A stretch of 63,924 bases of DNA, the filler included, from Octopus bimaculoides (lineage: Eukaryota): NCBI RefSeq assembly GCF_001194135.2. It is 7 parts of 5 records of this genome, joined end to end, with 100 filler letters (N's around TTAATTAATTAA, not from the genome) between each part and the next. Parts side by side here need not be neighbours in the genome. Positions count along the whole stretch, not along the records: positions 8,419 to 26,357 come from NC_068985.1; positions 26,458 to 33,179 come from NC_068999.1; 5 more parts are not named here. One strand, 5' to 3'. This document shows, piece after piece, positions 11,836 through 26,673 of this stretch. The notes under the pieces are model-generated. The model was not told the origin of the DNA, ran no database searches, and worked only from the letters and a program-made list of their open reading frames with translations. The number at the start of each line of letters is the position of its first letter. The first letter of the stretch is position 1. A program made the position numbers and the translations under genes.

Positions 11836-12689
11836 AATAAAAGAAAAAAAGAATTGCGGTTCTTTCATATACATATTTAATACCATAGAACATAAATTCT
11901 TCATTTATTAAACTAATCTTCACTTCTAGAGGATGTGTCATAGTTATCAAGTGACAACTAGGAAGACCTTTATGTTATTTTATCCTTTTATTCTTTTACT
12001 TGTTTATTCTTTTACTTGTCATTTGACTGCAGCCAGGCTGGAGCACTGCACCTTCAAGGGTTTTAGTCGAACAAATCGATCGCAGGACCTGTTTTAGCCT
12101 AGTAATTATTCTATCGATCTCTTTTACCGAAGTGCTACGTTACGGGGATATAAACACACCAACACATTATGAAGCGGTGATGGGAGGACGAACACCGGCA
12201 CAAAGACACAAACATAAACGCATACATACATACATACATACATACATACATACATGCATATATTATGATTGCTTCATCTTGACAGATGATAGCCGTACCA
12301 TCAACACAGACAACACACGCCATCACACAGCACAATCCCTCCGTTGATGACCCCTCAGATGACTTTTTAAAGCAGCTGCTGACTGACAGGGTTTAAAACA
12401 CAATTGACAGAAGTGACATATATTATTCAAGTTTAAAACACAAGTGATACAAGTGATAGATATTATTCAAGTTTCTTCTATATCTTTGCCCTTTGGTATC
12501 TGATTCTGAAGGAATGTTTTTTGTGAATTTTTAAGTCAAGATATTGTCTTACAAGTTTTGTGACATATGACACAAGTCGTAAGAGGCGGTTGGTGATCAA
12601 GATTATTACCTACAGAACACGATAACATATAATACATATCCAATATTCACTGTTGATTACAGTTCCAATTGTTCCTTTGTGACAGGCCC

Positions 12690-15600
12690 TTTTAAGCTCA
12701 GAGTGCTGAATCATCTTTTCCTCCCAGGCATTGCAACCTAACAGCACTTCTCCACTTGTTCCGATCTAGAACATCATTTTCCCACTCACTTTTGTTCGTA
12801 TCGAGTTTCTTCAGGTTTTCCTTCACACAGTCTTTATACCTTTTCTTCCGCTTATGTTGTGGTCACTTACCAGAGTTGAAATCACCATAAAAAAGGACGG
12901 TTTGACAATCGCTCGTCTTTCATTCTAAGAACCTGTCCATTCCATCTCATTTGAGCCAAGATAGCATGTTGTTCAATTGAGCTATAATGTGTCATGCGCA
13001 AAACATCTGTATCTGGTATGAAACATTCCCGCTTGACTCCTAAGATACATCTGAGGTACTTCTCTCCAACATTTTCATATGACGCTTGTAAGTGGTCCAT
13101 GTCTCACTTGAATAAAGATGTGCAGACAATACACACGCTTTGTAGACACTGATTTTTGTCTGTAGGGAAATACCTCTATCTGCCCATACTCGCTTTTTGA
13201 GCTTTCCAAATGCAACACTTTCCTTCCCTATTCGATAGTATATCTTTGCATCAAGACCACCATCTCTTGACATTCTGCTTCCAAGGTAAACAAAAGTGTG
13301 AACGACTTCTAACTTTGTTCCATTCACAAAATATGTTTGGTTCAGAATGTTTGTCCTGGCGCGGGTGTATACACTACTTTGGTTTTCCTAAAACTAATTG
13401 TGAGTCCGAAATGTACATATGCAGTGGAAAATAAGTCCTTTATATGTTGCATATCCCCCTCTGAGCAAGCCAACAAATCAGCATCATCAGCATAAAGTAA
13501 TTCTCTAACAAGTGTTTTGAAAGTCTGCTTTGCAGTTAAACCGGGTCAAGTTAAAAATGCGACCAGATGTCCGAAATCTGATTCCGATTCCCCTGTTGCA
13601 ATCTTTGAAAGCATACCAAAGCAATTCAGCAAAATAAATAGAGAAAAGTGTAGGGGCAGGAATATCCCTCTGTTTGACACCGTCGTCCACCAAAAATTCA
13701 TGAGATACCTTATCATTAAAGATTATCTGACCTTTCATGTTTCTGTGCAGTTCCTTAAAGATGCTCACAAAATGTGTTGGGCAACCAAGTTTACACAAAA
13801 CAATCTACAGTGCCTCCCGGTTTACCGTGTCGAATGTCTTAGTTAAATCTATGAAAACCTGGTATAATGGCTTTTGTACCTCTAAGCATTTCTCCTGAAC
13901 CTGCCTCAGAAAATCCCATGTCCATTATTCCTTGGTCAGGTCTGAAACCACACTGTTCTTCAGGAATCTCATGTGGCCCACATTCTCAACGATACAATCT
14001 AACATGATCCTTGAAAGTATTTTATTGGTATGTGCCATGAGAGTTATCCCTGTAGAATTACCACACACTGCTTTTGGGCTCTCACCTTGCCATTATATAC
14101 AGAGATTAGAATATCATTTATCCATTCTTGTGACACAGAAGATTCATTCCAAACTCGAGTTATCAGGTTATGAATTTCAGATGAAATATGACCCTAACCT
14201 GCTTTCAGAATTTCAACTGGAATACCATCTAATCCAGGAGCTTTACCTGATCTCATTTTACATAATGCCAGATTTTATTCTTCAGTGGAAGATGTATCAT
14301 TCAGGTGTTGCACAATCTCTCTTTGCGGAATGTTGTTTTCGATATCCATGTTCACTACCGAGGGATTGTGGAAAAGATCAGCAAAGTGTTCTCTCCATGT
14401 ATTTACTATTTCAGGAGGATATTTAATAAACCCATTTCCATCTTTTGACTTCAAGGGAAAATATGGTGAAGATTGCGGTCCAAAAGCTAGCAATAAACTA
14501 TAAAACTTTAATGGTTTCCTATCATAGACTGCCTGTACTTTCTCAGACAAATTTCTCCACCAAGTGTCTTTAAGCCACCTGAGTTTTTTTGCCAGTCTGC
14601 TTGTGAGACTTTTACACCTTTTCTAATTGCACTTTGTTCTTAACGTTTGAGTCAAGAAGCTTTTCATGAATGTACATCTTTGTTGCTAAAAGCTCATTTA
14701 TTACCGTATCATTGGAATCAAACCAGTATCGGTTTTGTCTCTTCTTAGAACCTAACACCCCTGATCCTATTTCATATATTCCATCCCGAAAAGATTGCCA
14801 TGAACCTTCAAAATGAACATTGCTGCATCTCTTCTGAAATTACTGCAAAACTTGTGGTTGTTATAGATGCTCTACATCAATTCTTTTTGATAGCCGTACA
14901 CTTGCACTACGAATCTTCTTGCAGACCCTGAACTTGAACTTGTCCCTAACCATTTTGTGATCAGTATCCCAATCTGAGACTGCACAAATCTTGTAAGTCA
15001 GCTTTCCGAGTTAATACAAAGCCAATCATGTGACCTTGCTTTGATCTTGTGTGAATCCTGGTAACTTTATGCTTCAGCTTATGATGAAAGAAAGTATTAC
15101 CAACAACCAACCCTAGCTCAGAGCACATGTGTAGCATATGCAGTCCATTGTTGTTCACCTTTCCTATTCGGTAACTCCCAAGTACATTACAAGCACCATA
15201 GTCTCTACCAGCACGTGCATTAAAGTCACCAAGCATAACCAGCTTCTCGTTCAAAGGGACTGACAGAATACTTCTTCTAAGCTCTTCATAAAATGTATCG
15301 GTATTTTCCTCATTAGCTCAAACGTAAGAGCATAAATAGAGAAAACAATTACAAAACGTCCACAAGGGGGATCCGGAGTTACATTACGCATTTGTTTATG
15401 CTTTGTGGTTGTTCTAGATGTTTTAGCATATCTCTTCTAATTGCAAACCCAACACCACCTTCCGTTTTCTCTCCCTTCGGTTTCCCAACCGAGAATAATG
15501 TGAAACCTACTGCTCTTTCGACAAGATGATCTTCATTTGAAAATTTTGTTTCAGAAAGAGCTGCAATATCAACATTAAGACGCCTTAGCTCAGCTCGATC

Positions 15601-16140
15601 TACAGGGGTTCTGACATTCCAGCAGGCCCTGTTAAGAGAAAACTTATTCCTTGCATACTTATTATCATTGTTAAATTGAACCACCATTAGCCGCAGTAAA
15701 CTAACTAATATAGAAACGACAATTTTAGTACATCTTTTCTCGCACCTTTCCAGTTTATCCAGGTTAGCAGTGTTCTCCTTAAAAGGGCTGTTCAAAGACA
15801 GGATTCTTCACCGAAAACTGTTCTTGTCCATGAAAACATATTAGTGATGTTAAAATAAGAAACCTGCCGCGTTACGTGCATATTTGTAACTATGCTTTCA
15901 ACCAGTGAAGTCTGTATACGTCGCCACGCCTCTACCGCCATAGGACTCTTGAAAAGGGATAATTGTACGATGATAGCGCTTTTTAGGGGACACCTGTACT
16001 TCATTGGATTTCAGTGACAAACTCTTGTACAACGCTTTTGCCACTCTCTGGGTCAAAATAGTGACAAGCAAAGCAAGATGATTAATACTAAGTTGAATGC
16101 AGGTCTTATGTCGGAGTACCTTCTTCTAGGCTTTTCCTCT
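12690..16140 (-). mobile_element. Near full-length (~3.4 kb) decayed RTE-clade LINE (APE endonuclease + RT)
   Basis: Ordered broken ORFs: APE (ACWNVRT...DIAALSETKF...GVGFAIR; LGDFNAR; NTFFHHK...), RT (GCPTHF...GVKQRDIPAPTLFSIYF; LLYADDA with YADD at 13483-13494) and C-terminus (FVYLGS...TKISVYKACVLS.HLYSSETWT; RKRYKDCVK). Multiple stops and frameshifts. Confidence 0.95.
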
Positions 16141-16321
16141 AAAGGAGACTGCAAGCTAGCAATGGTAAGTCAATTTGAATTCAGAGTTTTATTCTCCTAT
16201 ACTGGTTGTCCTAATCACGGCATCGTTTCAAAATAGGATCCCAGTCTGCCCCCATCAACAGTCATGGTTTTGATAGTGCAGCCAATTAAGAGATTGATAT
16301 TACTATGACCTGCTTTTTTGG

Positions 16322-16354
<33 letters not shown>

Positions 16355-16365
16355 GCATACACACA

Positions 16366-16420
<55 letters not shown>

Positions 16421-17910
16421 ACACGTAAATATATATATAAGACGGGCTTCTTACAGTTTCCGTCTACCAAATCCACTCACTAGCCTTTAATCGACCCGAG
16501 GCTACAGTAGAAGACACTTGCTAAATGTGTCACACAATAGGGACGAACCCGGTATCACGTTGTTGGAAAACAAGTTTCTTATCACACAGCCATGCCTGCA
16601 CTTATAAGAAGAAAATATAATCTCAAGAATGATGAATTCTACAAATTGCCCTTCTGTTAAGAAAACAATGACCTTTGTGACTACAGTTAAGAGAAGAGTC
16701 TCAGACGAGTTTCTTTTCTAATAGTCATCAAACCGATACGTTTTAAACTTATCCCAAGCATCTAAGCGCCACAGACATAAAGCAAGTAGCCTCTTTGCGT
16801 AAATTAAATAGAAATAATTCGGTGATTATAGCATGTGAATGAATAACATAGACAAACACAAGTATATCAAATGCCATATAACATACATTGTTGATTTATT
16901 AAAGTTAGCCTAGCCTCTCATGGGTCTTTCTCAGTAGCCGTTCAGTAAACGTGGCATGTCCTTTACAGGCGGTGGTAATATTAGTAAATCAAGATTTCAT
17001 GTTATATCATATCTGGTAAAATTATGTATGTCTACGCTGTACATATACATGTCACTAGTCCTATTGAATTATTTTTCTAAACTACATTTTGTCCAATATA
17101 CCTGTGTGTTTGTGCGTGTGTATATANNNNNNNNNNNNNNNNNNNNNNNNNNNNNNNNNNNNNNNNNNNNNNNNNNNNNNNNNNNNNNNNNNNNNNNNNN
17201 NNNNNNNNNNNNNNNNNNNNNNNNNNNNNNNNNNNNNNNNNNNNNNNNNNNNNNNNNNNNNNNNNNNNNNNNNNNNNNNNNNNNNNNNNNNNNNNNNNNN
17301 NNNNNNNNNNNNNNNNNNNNNNNNNNNNNNNNNNNNNNNNNNNNNNNNNNNNNNNNNNNNNNNNNNNNNNNNNNNNNNNNNNNNNNNNNNNNNNNNNNNN
17401 NNNNNNNNNNNNNNNNNNNNNNNNNNNNNNNNNNNNNNNNNNNNNNNNNNNNNNNNNNNNNNNNNNNNNNNNNNNNNNNNNNNNNNNNNNNNNNNNNNNN
17501 NNNNNNNNNNNNNNNNNNNNNNNNNNNNNNNNNNNNNNNNNNNNNNNNNNNNNNNNNNNNNNNNNNNNNNNNNNNNNNNNNNNNNNNNNNNNNNNNNNNN
17601 NNNNNNNNNNNNNNNNNNNNNNNNNNNNNNNNNNNNNNNNNNNNNNNNNNNNNNNNNNNNNNNNNNNNNNNNNNNNNNNNNNNNNNNNNNNNNNNNNNNN
17701 NNNNNNNNNNNNNNNNNNNNNNNNNNNNNNNNNNNNNNNNNNNNNNNNNNNNNNNNNNNNNNNNNNNNNNNNNNNNNNNNNNNNNNNNNNNNNNNNNNNN
17801 NNNNNNNNNNNNNNNNNNNNNNNNNNNNNNNNNNNNNNNNNNNNNNNNNNNNNNNNNNNNNNNNNNNNNNNNNNNNNNNNNNNNNNNNNNNNNNNNNNNN
17901 NNNNNNNNNN

Positions 17911-17962
<52 letters not shown>

Positions 17963-17974
17963 GCACAAACACAC

Positions 17975-18005
<31 letters not shown>

Positions 18006-18183
18006 CATACATATGTACATATATATACACATAAATATATATATACATAAATACATATAAATGCATATACATATATACACATATATATATATACATATAT
18101 CTATAGACACATATGTATATGTATATGTGTGTACGTGTATGCATATATATACACACAAATACATAAAATACATATATATAATA

Positions 18184-18226
<43 letters not shown>

Positions 18227-18676
18227 AAGTAAATATATATTTCATATACTTGTAACCAGTCAAATTATCCGAAAGTTACTCTTCGGTTTCATCACTTTAT
18301 TTGGTATTTTTTTCTATCTAGCAGCGTTGTTTGTATCTCTCAGCGTTTGAAGTTATTTGGAAATGATCACATCAAATGATATTTTATATATTTATAACAT
18401 TATCGTATTTGTAGAATGATATTATTTAATTTATATATTTTTTAAATATAACCAATAAACATTGATGTTCTTCTATAAACAGGCATATCAGGTTACGCAT
18501 AACCTGCAGTGTAAATCAATAATGCATAGCTTCACTTAATAAAAGATCAGGTAGACGTTCTTGTGCCACAGTACTGAACACGTATAGCAGATACAGAAAT
18601 AGGAATTTCACATATTCTATATGACTATGGCATATTCATACATGTAAATATGTGTGTACATTATATACACACTTTT

Positions 18677-18712
<36 letters not shown>

Positions 18713-18732
18713 CACATATATTTATATATATA

Positions 18733-18776
<44 letters not shown>

Positions 18777-19003
18777 NNNNNNNNNNNNNNNNNNNNNNNN
18801 NNNNNNNNNNNNNNNNNNNNNNNNNNNNNNNNNNNNNNNNNNNNNNNNNNNNNNNNNNNNNNNNNNNNNNNNNNNNNNNNNNNNNNNNNNNNNNNNNNNN
18901 NNNNNNNNNNNNNNNNNNNNNNNNNNNNNNNNNNNNNNNNNNNNNNNNNNNNNNNNNNNNNNNNNNNNNNNNNNNNNNNNNNNNNNNNNNNNNNNNNNNN
19001 NNN

Positions 19004-19067
<64 letters not shown>

Positions 19068-19094
19068 ATGTATGTATGTATGTATATATTTATA

Positions 19095-20068
19095 TAAACA
19101 CGCACCTCGTTCTGGCTATCCAGTTCAGTTCGATGAAGAGAGATTAAACCAACTTTTGCACGAAAATTCTCGTCAAACGACAAGGGAACAGGCAGAGATA
19201 ATGGAATGCTCCCACACTGCTTTAGAGAAACAGCTTCACTCGATGAGAAAGATTCAGAAGTATGGAGCAAGTGACAANNNNNNNNNNACTGCTTTAGAGA
19301 AACAGCTTCACTCGATGAGAAAGATTCAGAAGTATGGAGCAAGTGACAACAACAAAAATCAACGAGCCACAAACTCCGCTGGTTTGCTTGCTCGTCACCG
19401 CTCAACTCATGGACACAAGCAACCATTTCTTTACCGAATCGTTTCTGGCGACGAAAAATCGTGCTTGTACATCAATATGAAGCAACGTAAGGAATGGTTT
19501 AGCCCCGGTAAACGAGTGATACCGCGCGTGAAACAAGATCTTCATCCGCCTAAAACGATGGTGGGACTGGGAAAGGATTATCCATTACGAATTGCTTAAA
19601 CGGAACCGTGGAACTTTATGTTCAAACGGTCAACGTGGAACTCTATGTTCAACAGATGGAACGACTCAACACGGCTATTCAAGAGAAAAGACCTAATCGG
19701 CAGCACAGAGTTCTCCTGCTGAACGACAACGCCCGCCCTCATGTCGCCAATATGACCATGGAAGCCATTCAAAGGCATGGCTGGGAAGTGCTGCTACACC
19801 CGCCGTTCTCTCCTGATTTAGAACCAACGGATTTTCACCTCTTTCGATCTCTTTCAAATGCTATGCGCGGAGTTTCGTTCAATAGTGATGCAGAATTGAG
19901 AGCTTGGTTGGAACAATTTTTTGAGTCGAAATCGGATAATTTCTACCAACGAGGTATTGAAAATCATGTTGAACGTTGGGAAGAAGTTGTAAACAAGTGT
20001 GAATACATTATTGATTAATTAGTTATTTTAATTTTTAAAACGGCGGGAACTTAGTTGCCAACACAATA
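19095..20068 (+). pseudogene. Mariner (DD34D) transposase pseudogene with 3' TIR, 5' truncated
   Basis: HTH (PRSG.P..FDEERLNQLL...), D1 IVSGDEK, D2 LLNDNARPH, HPPFSPDLEPT-D-FHLF with exactly 34 residues between D2 and D3. Frameshift near 19590. Ends GGAACTTAGTTGCCAACACAA|TA. Confidence 0.93.
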
Positions 20069-20409
20069 GATAGATAGATAGATAGATAGATTGATAGATA
20101 GATAGATAGATATACATACAAATGCACATATACACGTGCACATGCTCACATCTCATACACATGCACGCAATCACTCGCACAGGCACGCACATGCAAACTC
20201 ACACACATACGCACACACGCACTCACATATATTCTTTGTATGCTGCCATTTCTTTTATGCGGAAAGCATTGCAACCATCAAGCGTTCCACTTAAAAATGC
20301 TGGTAGCTTACGTTGGCAGCAATGTAAATATGTACGTGTATGTATTATGTATGTATATGGGTGTGTAGATACACATACACACGCACGCACGCACACACAC
20401 ACACACACG

Positions 20410-20478
<69 letters not shown>

Positions 20479-23396
20479 GTATATATACATTGTGTTTTGT
20501 GTCAGTTGTTCTCGTATAATTTTATTCTTTTTGTTTTGGAGTAGAAGCCACACGAATAGTACTTTTTCAATTTGCAGAGCTTGAACAGGCTAGTATTTTA
20601 TATTTCTTCAGTCTCTTATTGCATCACATTATCTTTGCTATATAACTCATGCCACTCGAATATATTTTATCTTACAATGTCACCGACGTTTTGTTCAAGT
20701 TGTTTCTTTATAGGCTTCCCAGTAATATATTTTCTTGCGTGTCTCATTTGAGAATTGGGAATTGTCACTTCTAAAATTTTATATAAACATTTCTGATCAT
20801 TAACGAAATGAATTCTTCAAAATACTTTTCCATTGTTTTTTAGTCGTAACAGTTTGTCTTTTGGGTTTTATGTTTGATATTTTTTCTCTGTCTCTCTCGG
20901 AAAGAAATTTATATAAATCGAAAATTTCATTTAAATAAAGTTATACGATGCTTAATCCAACTACTTATTTGATTTGATTTGCAAGGATTTGATTTGATTG
21001 AGTTGTTTTTTTTTTATGAAGTCTTTTTAATTGTTATTTGTCATTCAATTAAGGCTACAGCTTTATTGGAGATTTGTGTCGTAAATTTAATTTACAATAC
21101 GGTATCAATAATTTTAAAAATTCATTAGGCTGCGTCTCTCATTAGTCCACTCATACATTAACTGATTGCAGAAGATTACCAAGTAATCATTCTATTTATT
21201 CTTTAGACGGATGGGGCGGAGCTGTACGCATACGCCTCATTCATTTGTTTAGGAAATCTAACATTAAGATATAAAAACGATTGTGTGTCGTCATACATTT
21301 ATGTGGAGTCCAGTTCATCGTAGTGGTGAGGGATTTAGTAAAGCAATAACTTAGTTGGAATTTCTTCTGTCGTTGCAAATGTTGGTAGAGTAATTTAAAA
21401 CAAATACTATATTTAGGAAATAGCGATATATATTTACGTCATGGAGACATATAAATATGCTTTGCATCTTTTATTTTCTGAATATTGCATGATTAGTAGC
21501 TAAAGAACCTCTTGCATCTATTAATTGAGGGACTTTTATACCAAGACATTTCGTATCACTCTTCAGTTTATTCCTATAACTTAACAGCATAAGTCACTAT
21601 TAAAACAATTATATAAACATTATCTTTCATCATATTCTCTCAATATATCCATTAGGTGTTCCTCGAATAGAGTTGTATTTAATTCTCTCTCATCTGTCCT
21701 ACCAAAGTTTGGGAACGAAAACGGTAATACAAGGTACACGAAACACATTATTACACTTTGATATTATGGCGAAAATATTCGTCTGTTTTAATTGCATCAG
21801 TAAATTCATAATTGATGCACTGTTACGACTGACTGTACCAGACAGAAAACAAGTTACTTCTCTGTTATATGCGAATTTTATATCTTTAAGTTTTCAGTTC
21901 ACTGATTTTAATATATATGTTTTAATCATGACCATATCATCAACGGATTTTCTTTCATCAAGTTTATTGTTGCTTTGTCTTATGATGTCCAGTTGTAACT
22001 TTTTCCAGACCTCTCTAATATATTTTCCCCAATCGCATAAACTTTTTGGCGTTATTTCGTTATTTCCATTCGTATTGATCTTCTCGAGTTAAGTACAAAA
22101 GTGTGTACGTTCCTACCTGGTTTAGTTCTCTGTGAGCAGTTTTCTATGCGCGTTCATGAACGGTATATTACCCAGCTGCTGTTTCTCGCATAATTGCTTA
22201 ATAGGACTGCCGCTATTTATAGTTGTTGCGACAGGTCTACAAATGCATAGAAAAAAGGCTTGTCCTCTTCAAGCAACGTTGATCGCTGCCTGTACCGTTT
22301 CTTTTGTTACGGAGCCAAGTCATTGTGCTCTTAATTTTATTTATTACCAATCTTTTTCTCAACAATTGCATAAGAGCAATGAAATGCGGAAAATCAATTC
22401 ATCTTGATTCGAATTCCACTGTGCAATTATTCACAGAATTTATGATAGTTTTTCCTCTACCTTTTCATTGCAAAATATAGCAGGTCCTGAAGTTAGACTA
22501 TTGCTTTGTCAAAAATAACAGTGGTTATATAGCAAAACTGGCTGCCATTGCTTCGATTTACTATTATCCGACTCACTAAGTCCTCAGCATCAGACTACAC
22601 TAAGTAATTTATTTTTATTGCAGACACATTCCTGAGTGATATAAATATAGAGTTTCTTGTCATGTGCATTATTTCAAATAATAACACATGTACAATAATC
22701 ATAATTTTACATTTTTAATATATTATGATACTTATGACGTTTCTAACTAAATAAAATTAATGCTAATATTAAAAAATATATATATTTATTAAATTAAATT
22801 TTGTACTTTTGCGATAAATGTATGTTATGAATAACAATAGCACTGATTAACTATTAATTAGAGATGTAACATCTTGATTGATTCTATTTAAGATAGCGTG
22901 AGATATTTAATTTAACCAATGCCCCAACAAGGTGCATTACTAATAACAAATGATGCCTTCAATAAAAAATAATTAGAAGTTGTAACTGCAACTAATTAGT
23001 TATGCCTTTCCGTATCGAAACGGTTCTGAACAATTCTACATAAAATAAAGATTACACTACGCAGAAAATATAGATTACATAAACGTCAAAATGTTGTAAG
23101 AAATTCCGGTATCGATGTTGCATTTATCATCAAGTAATTATGTACGCTAAAAAGTATTTTTACGGAGTTTTCTATGCCGAGTCCCTTTTGACAGTTAATA
23201 GATACATAGAAGGAAGGAACTAACAGAGAAAGTTGCGGGTATATTCTATGATATAATACTACATTTTTAATCCTGTTTAACATGAAGGCAAGGTCTCAAG
23301 GTCTGCATCAGTCCTCTACGATACATCCAAATACTAGAAGAGCGACAAAAAACAGATGTAGATGATGTACAAAGTAAGTAACATCACCTATGAGTG

Positions 23397-23444
<48 letters not shown>

Positions 23445-24944
23445 NNNNNNNNNNNNNNNNNNNNNNNNNNNNNNNNNNNNNNNNNNNNNNNNNNNNNNNN
23501 NNNNNNNNNNNNNNNNNNNNNNNNNNNNNNNNNNNNNNNNNNNNNNNNNNNNNNNNNNNNNNNNNNNNNNNNNNNNNNNNNNNNNNNNNNNNNNNNNNNN
23601 NNNNNNNNNNNNNNNNNNNNNNNNNNNNNNNNNNNNNNNNNNNNNNNNNNNNNNNNNNNNNNNNNNNNNNNNNNNNNNNNNNNNNNNNNNNNNNNNNNNN
23701 NNNNNNNNNNNNNNNNNNNNNNNCACATATACATAGAGCTAATGTCGAACTATCTTCTAATAAAATCTATGAACTTATTTTTTTCTTTTACACTGAAATA
23801 GTTTTAATTGTACGTAAATACAAACACAAAGGAACTCTAAAAATGTGTCAAAACCTCAAGGTATTGTTAAACTGGACATTATCATCTTTTTTTTAAATTG
23901 ATTTCTACAATATTATATATAATAAAAAATATTTTATGTAAATTAAATATAAAACGAAACGGATGAAGGTAAAATAAATTCATATAATAATTTTAAAAAT
24001 ATGTTCATTCTAGTACAAATGATGTGAAGAATTTCAAACTAATAGAGTTTTGAATCGAGATGTTTAGGCTAGGGGCAAGACGTATTTTGAGAAAAAAACA
24101 GATTTTCTCTTTATTTATGCGAAATGTAAAACTAAAATGTAACTAAAAAAGATATATTAATAAAAAATACGGTTTGGTATATCTCTTTAACGACAATTCG
24201 ATACTAACTGATTATTTTTGTAAGTCATCATAAACAATTTTCTCACTATATGTTCATGTATGAATTCAAAATATTTGTAAGTACAAGTAACTTTAAGCTG
24301 AGAAATATAGAATAAACTTTAAAAGTTATATTAGCTTTAGATTATTTAAATAAGAACAAAAAAGCTTAAGATCAATTCAGTGAAATAGGGTAGTGTACTA
24401 ACTGTATTGCTAAATAGATAAGAATTTTAATTTTAGTTAAGAACATTTTATTACCTGGAAAGACTCTTTGATCTCTGAGTTTTGCATTCTGTCAAGTAAC
24501 ATTACTCAGGACATCATTTAGATGAACCCCATTTCGGCCGCTTGTATTCACGATCGTATTCTTTCAGTGAAATACCCAATATTTATGAGTATAGATGAGG
24601 ATAGACATGAAAACCTAATTGAAGACATCGGATTTGGGTTTTTTACCAATATCTCTTCTGACGATTGAATGCTGAAGGTGGCGCATTACTGCGTCACCTG
24701 CTGCAATTCTAGAATCCACTTCAGCTTCCCGCTCCCCAACACTCGTAAATACGGGCCTGAGATACTTAAACTTATTCACTTGACTCAGTAATGTTCCACT
24801 AATATGCAGAGTGTACTGGAAAAACTTTCTTGAGAGGCCAATGCCTCAGTCTTCACAACACTAATACTTCGCATTGAGAGTGCACACCTCCGGTACTATA
24901 GACGTGATTAGAACGTTGCAGAAATGAATCGTGTAACGGAATTT

Positions 24945-25110
24945 TGAAGCCGAGAAAGCAGCAGAAGACCGAGGGTTAGACTGAGGACGAGACATTTGGA
25001 TAATATCCATAGACTCAGTTTTCCTGCCTGGGAATCCAACCAGAAAATCTAATGACGGTTGCTTCTGGTAAAACCCTAAGGTGAAAGTTCCTGGGAGCTC
25101 TACTCCCAAG
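24945..25110 (+). mobile_element. LINE 3'-terminal fragment; second copy at about 45320-45480
   Basis: Both loci share TTGGATAATATCCATAGAC...TCCA.CCAGA.A.TCTAAT..GGTTGCTTCTG. The 45.3-kb copy reads RTRSRPRMRWLDNI, a typical RTE/L2-like RT C-terminus. Confidence 0.6.
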
Positions 25111-25366
25111 TCCCTTCCAGAAATTCTGGGCGGAGATGGAAGGAGGGAGAATATCTTATGAATTATATCGTTATAAACGAAGGGTGTATATTTCAGTGAT
25201 AACACAAAAAAAGACTTACTGAGAGATTTTTATTCATAGGAACTGAGTGAATTGTAAGTTCTTGCCAAATGCAATTTCTAATATTTAGAAAAGAAGAATT
25301 ATTAAAACAGAAGGTTCGTTCGCAGAATGAGTGTCAAAAATACTTAGATTCATGTGAAACTGGTAT

Positions 25367-25740
25367 TTAGTTTTCTATGTGTGTACGTGTGGGTATGTGT
25401 GTGCGCATGAGGTTGTGTCTGTGGAGTAATTGTACTTTACTCTGAGTGTGTCTGCGCGTATTTGTATGTACGTGTGTGCACATGTATGTATACGTGTGTG
25501 CATGTGTATGTATGAGTGTGTGCTGTGTGTGTATGTGCGTGTGTACATGTGTGTGTATTTTCTGTGTGTGCATGTGTGTGTGCGTGTGCATGTGTGTGTG
25601 AACGAGGAGTTGTGTATGGGGTATAGGAGCGTTTTTTGCTCGTGTATGCATGTGCATGTGTGTGTTTGTGTACACACGTACACAAACACACACACATACA
25701 CATGCACAGGAATGCACAGATACCAAACCCACACAAGGAA
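25367..25740. repeat. Degenerate (TG)/(TGTA)-rich compound microsatellite
   Basis: About 370 bp of interrupted TG/TGTA/TGCA units; it generates several spurious His/Thr- or Cys/Val-rich ORFs. Confidence 0.9.
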
Positions 25741-26640
25741 GTTAACAGAGGTGTTAGAGATAGAAGTGAATTGGAGAGAAGGGTGGAAGTTAGAGAGGAA
25801 AGAGATGAAGTGGCAGAGTTGTTCACGGGAAAGGGAGGTGGCACCCATAGAGTCGTCTATGTAGTGATCGTATAGCTCTGGGGTCGGCCTAATACAATGT
25901 ATATATATAGAAAGAGATTGAAATCACTCGAGCTATAATTCTTAATAGCTATTAATTTATGCAGCAATCAACTTTATGTTAGAATAGATTACTATTTGTA
26001 TACATGAAAAGAGAAGCAATATCATTGGAATGCAGAAATGAGATAATTCTTGTTCATTGCGTACGCATTTGCGATATGTGTATGAGTATGTGTATGTATT
26101 CTATGTACGTTTATATACATGAATATATGTATATAACTACAAACGCACACACACGCACATACACACACATACATATATATTTATGTAGCTGTATGAGATG
26201 TATGTATAAGTATGTATATATGTGTGTGTGTATCTATATATATGTTTATATATATATATATGTATATATGTATGTATATATATGTATATGCATATATGTA
26301 TATATATACACATACATACACGCCCACACGCTAATACGCACACACATTAATATATATNNNNNNNNNNNNNNNNNNNNNNNNNNNNNNNNNNNNNNNNNNN
26401 NTTAATTAATTAANNNNNNNNNNNNNNNNNNNNNNNNNNNNNNNNNNNNNNNNNNNNATATATATGTATGTATGTATGTACGTATGTATATGTATGAGTC
26501 TGCATGTGCATCCGTGTATGCACAAACGTGCGTATAATATATATGTACATACATACATACACACAATATGTATAGTGTATAAGATAGAACATAAGAAAGA
26601 AGGAGAGAAAGAATAATAAAAAGGAGGTGAAAACGAATAA

Positions 26641-26673
<33 letters not shown>

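Noticed and set aside
19216-19350. Direct duplication of about 60 bp within the mariner ORF
   Set aside because: The copies are identical and flank a 10-N gap: unmerged contig overlap.
20560-21450. Possible very old LINE RT/APE remnant on the minus strand
   Set aside because: Only faint motif resemblance with stops in every frame; cannot be supported without an HMM search.
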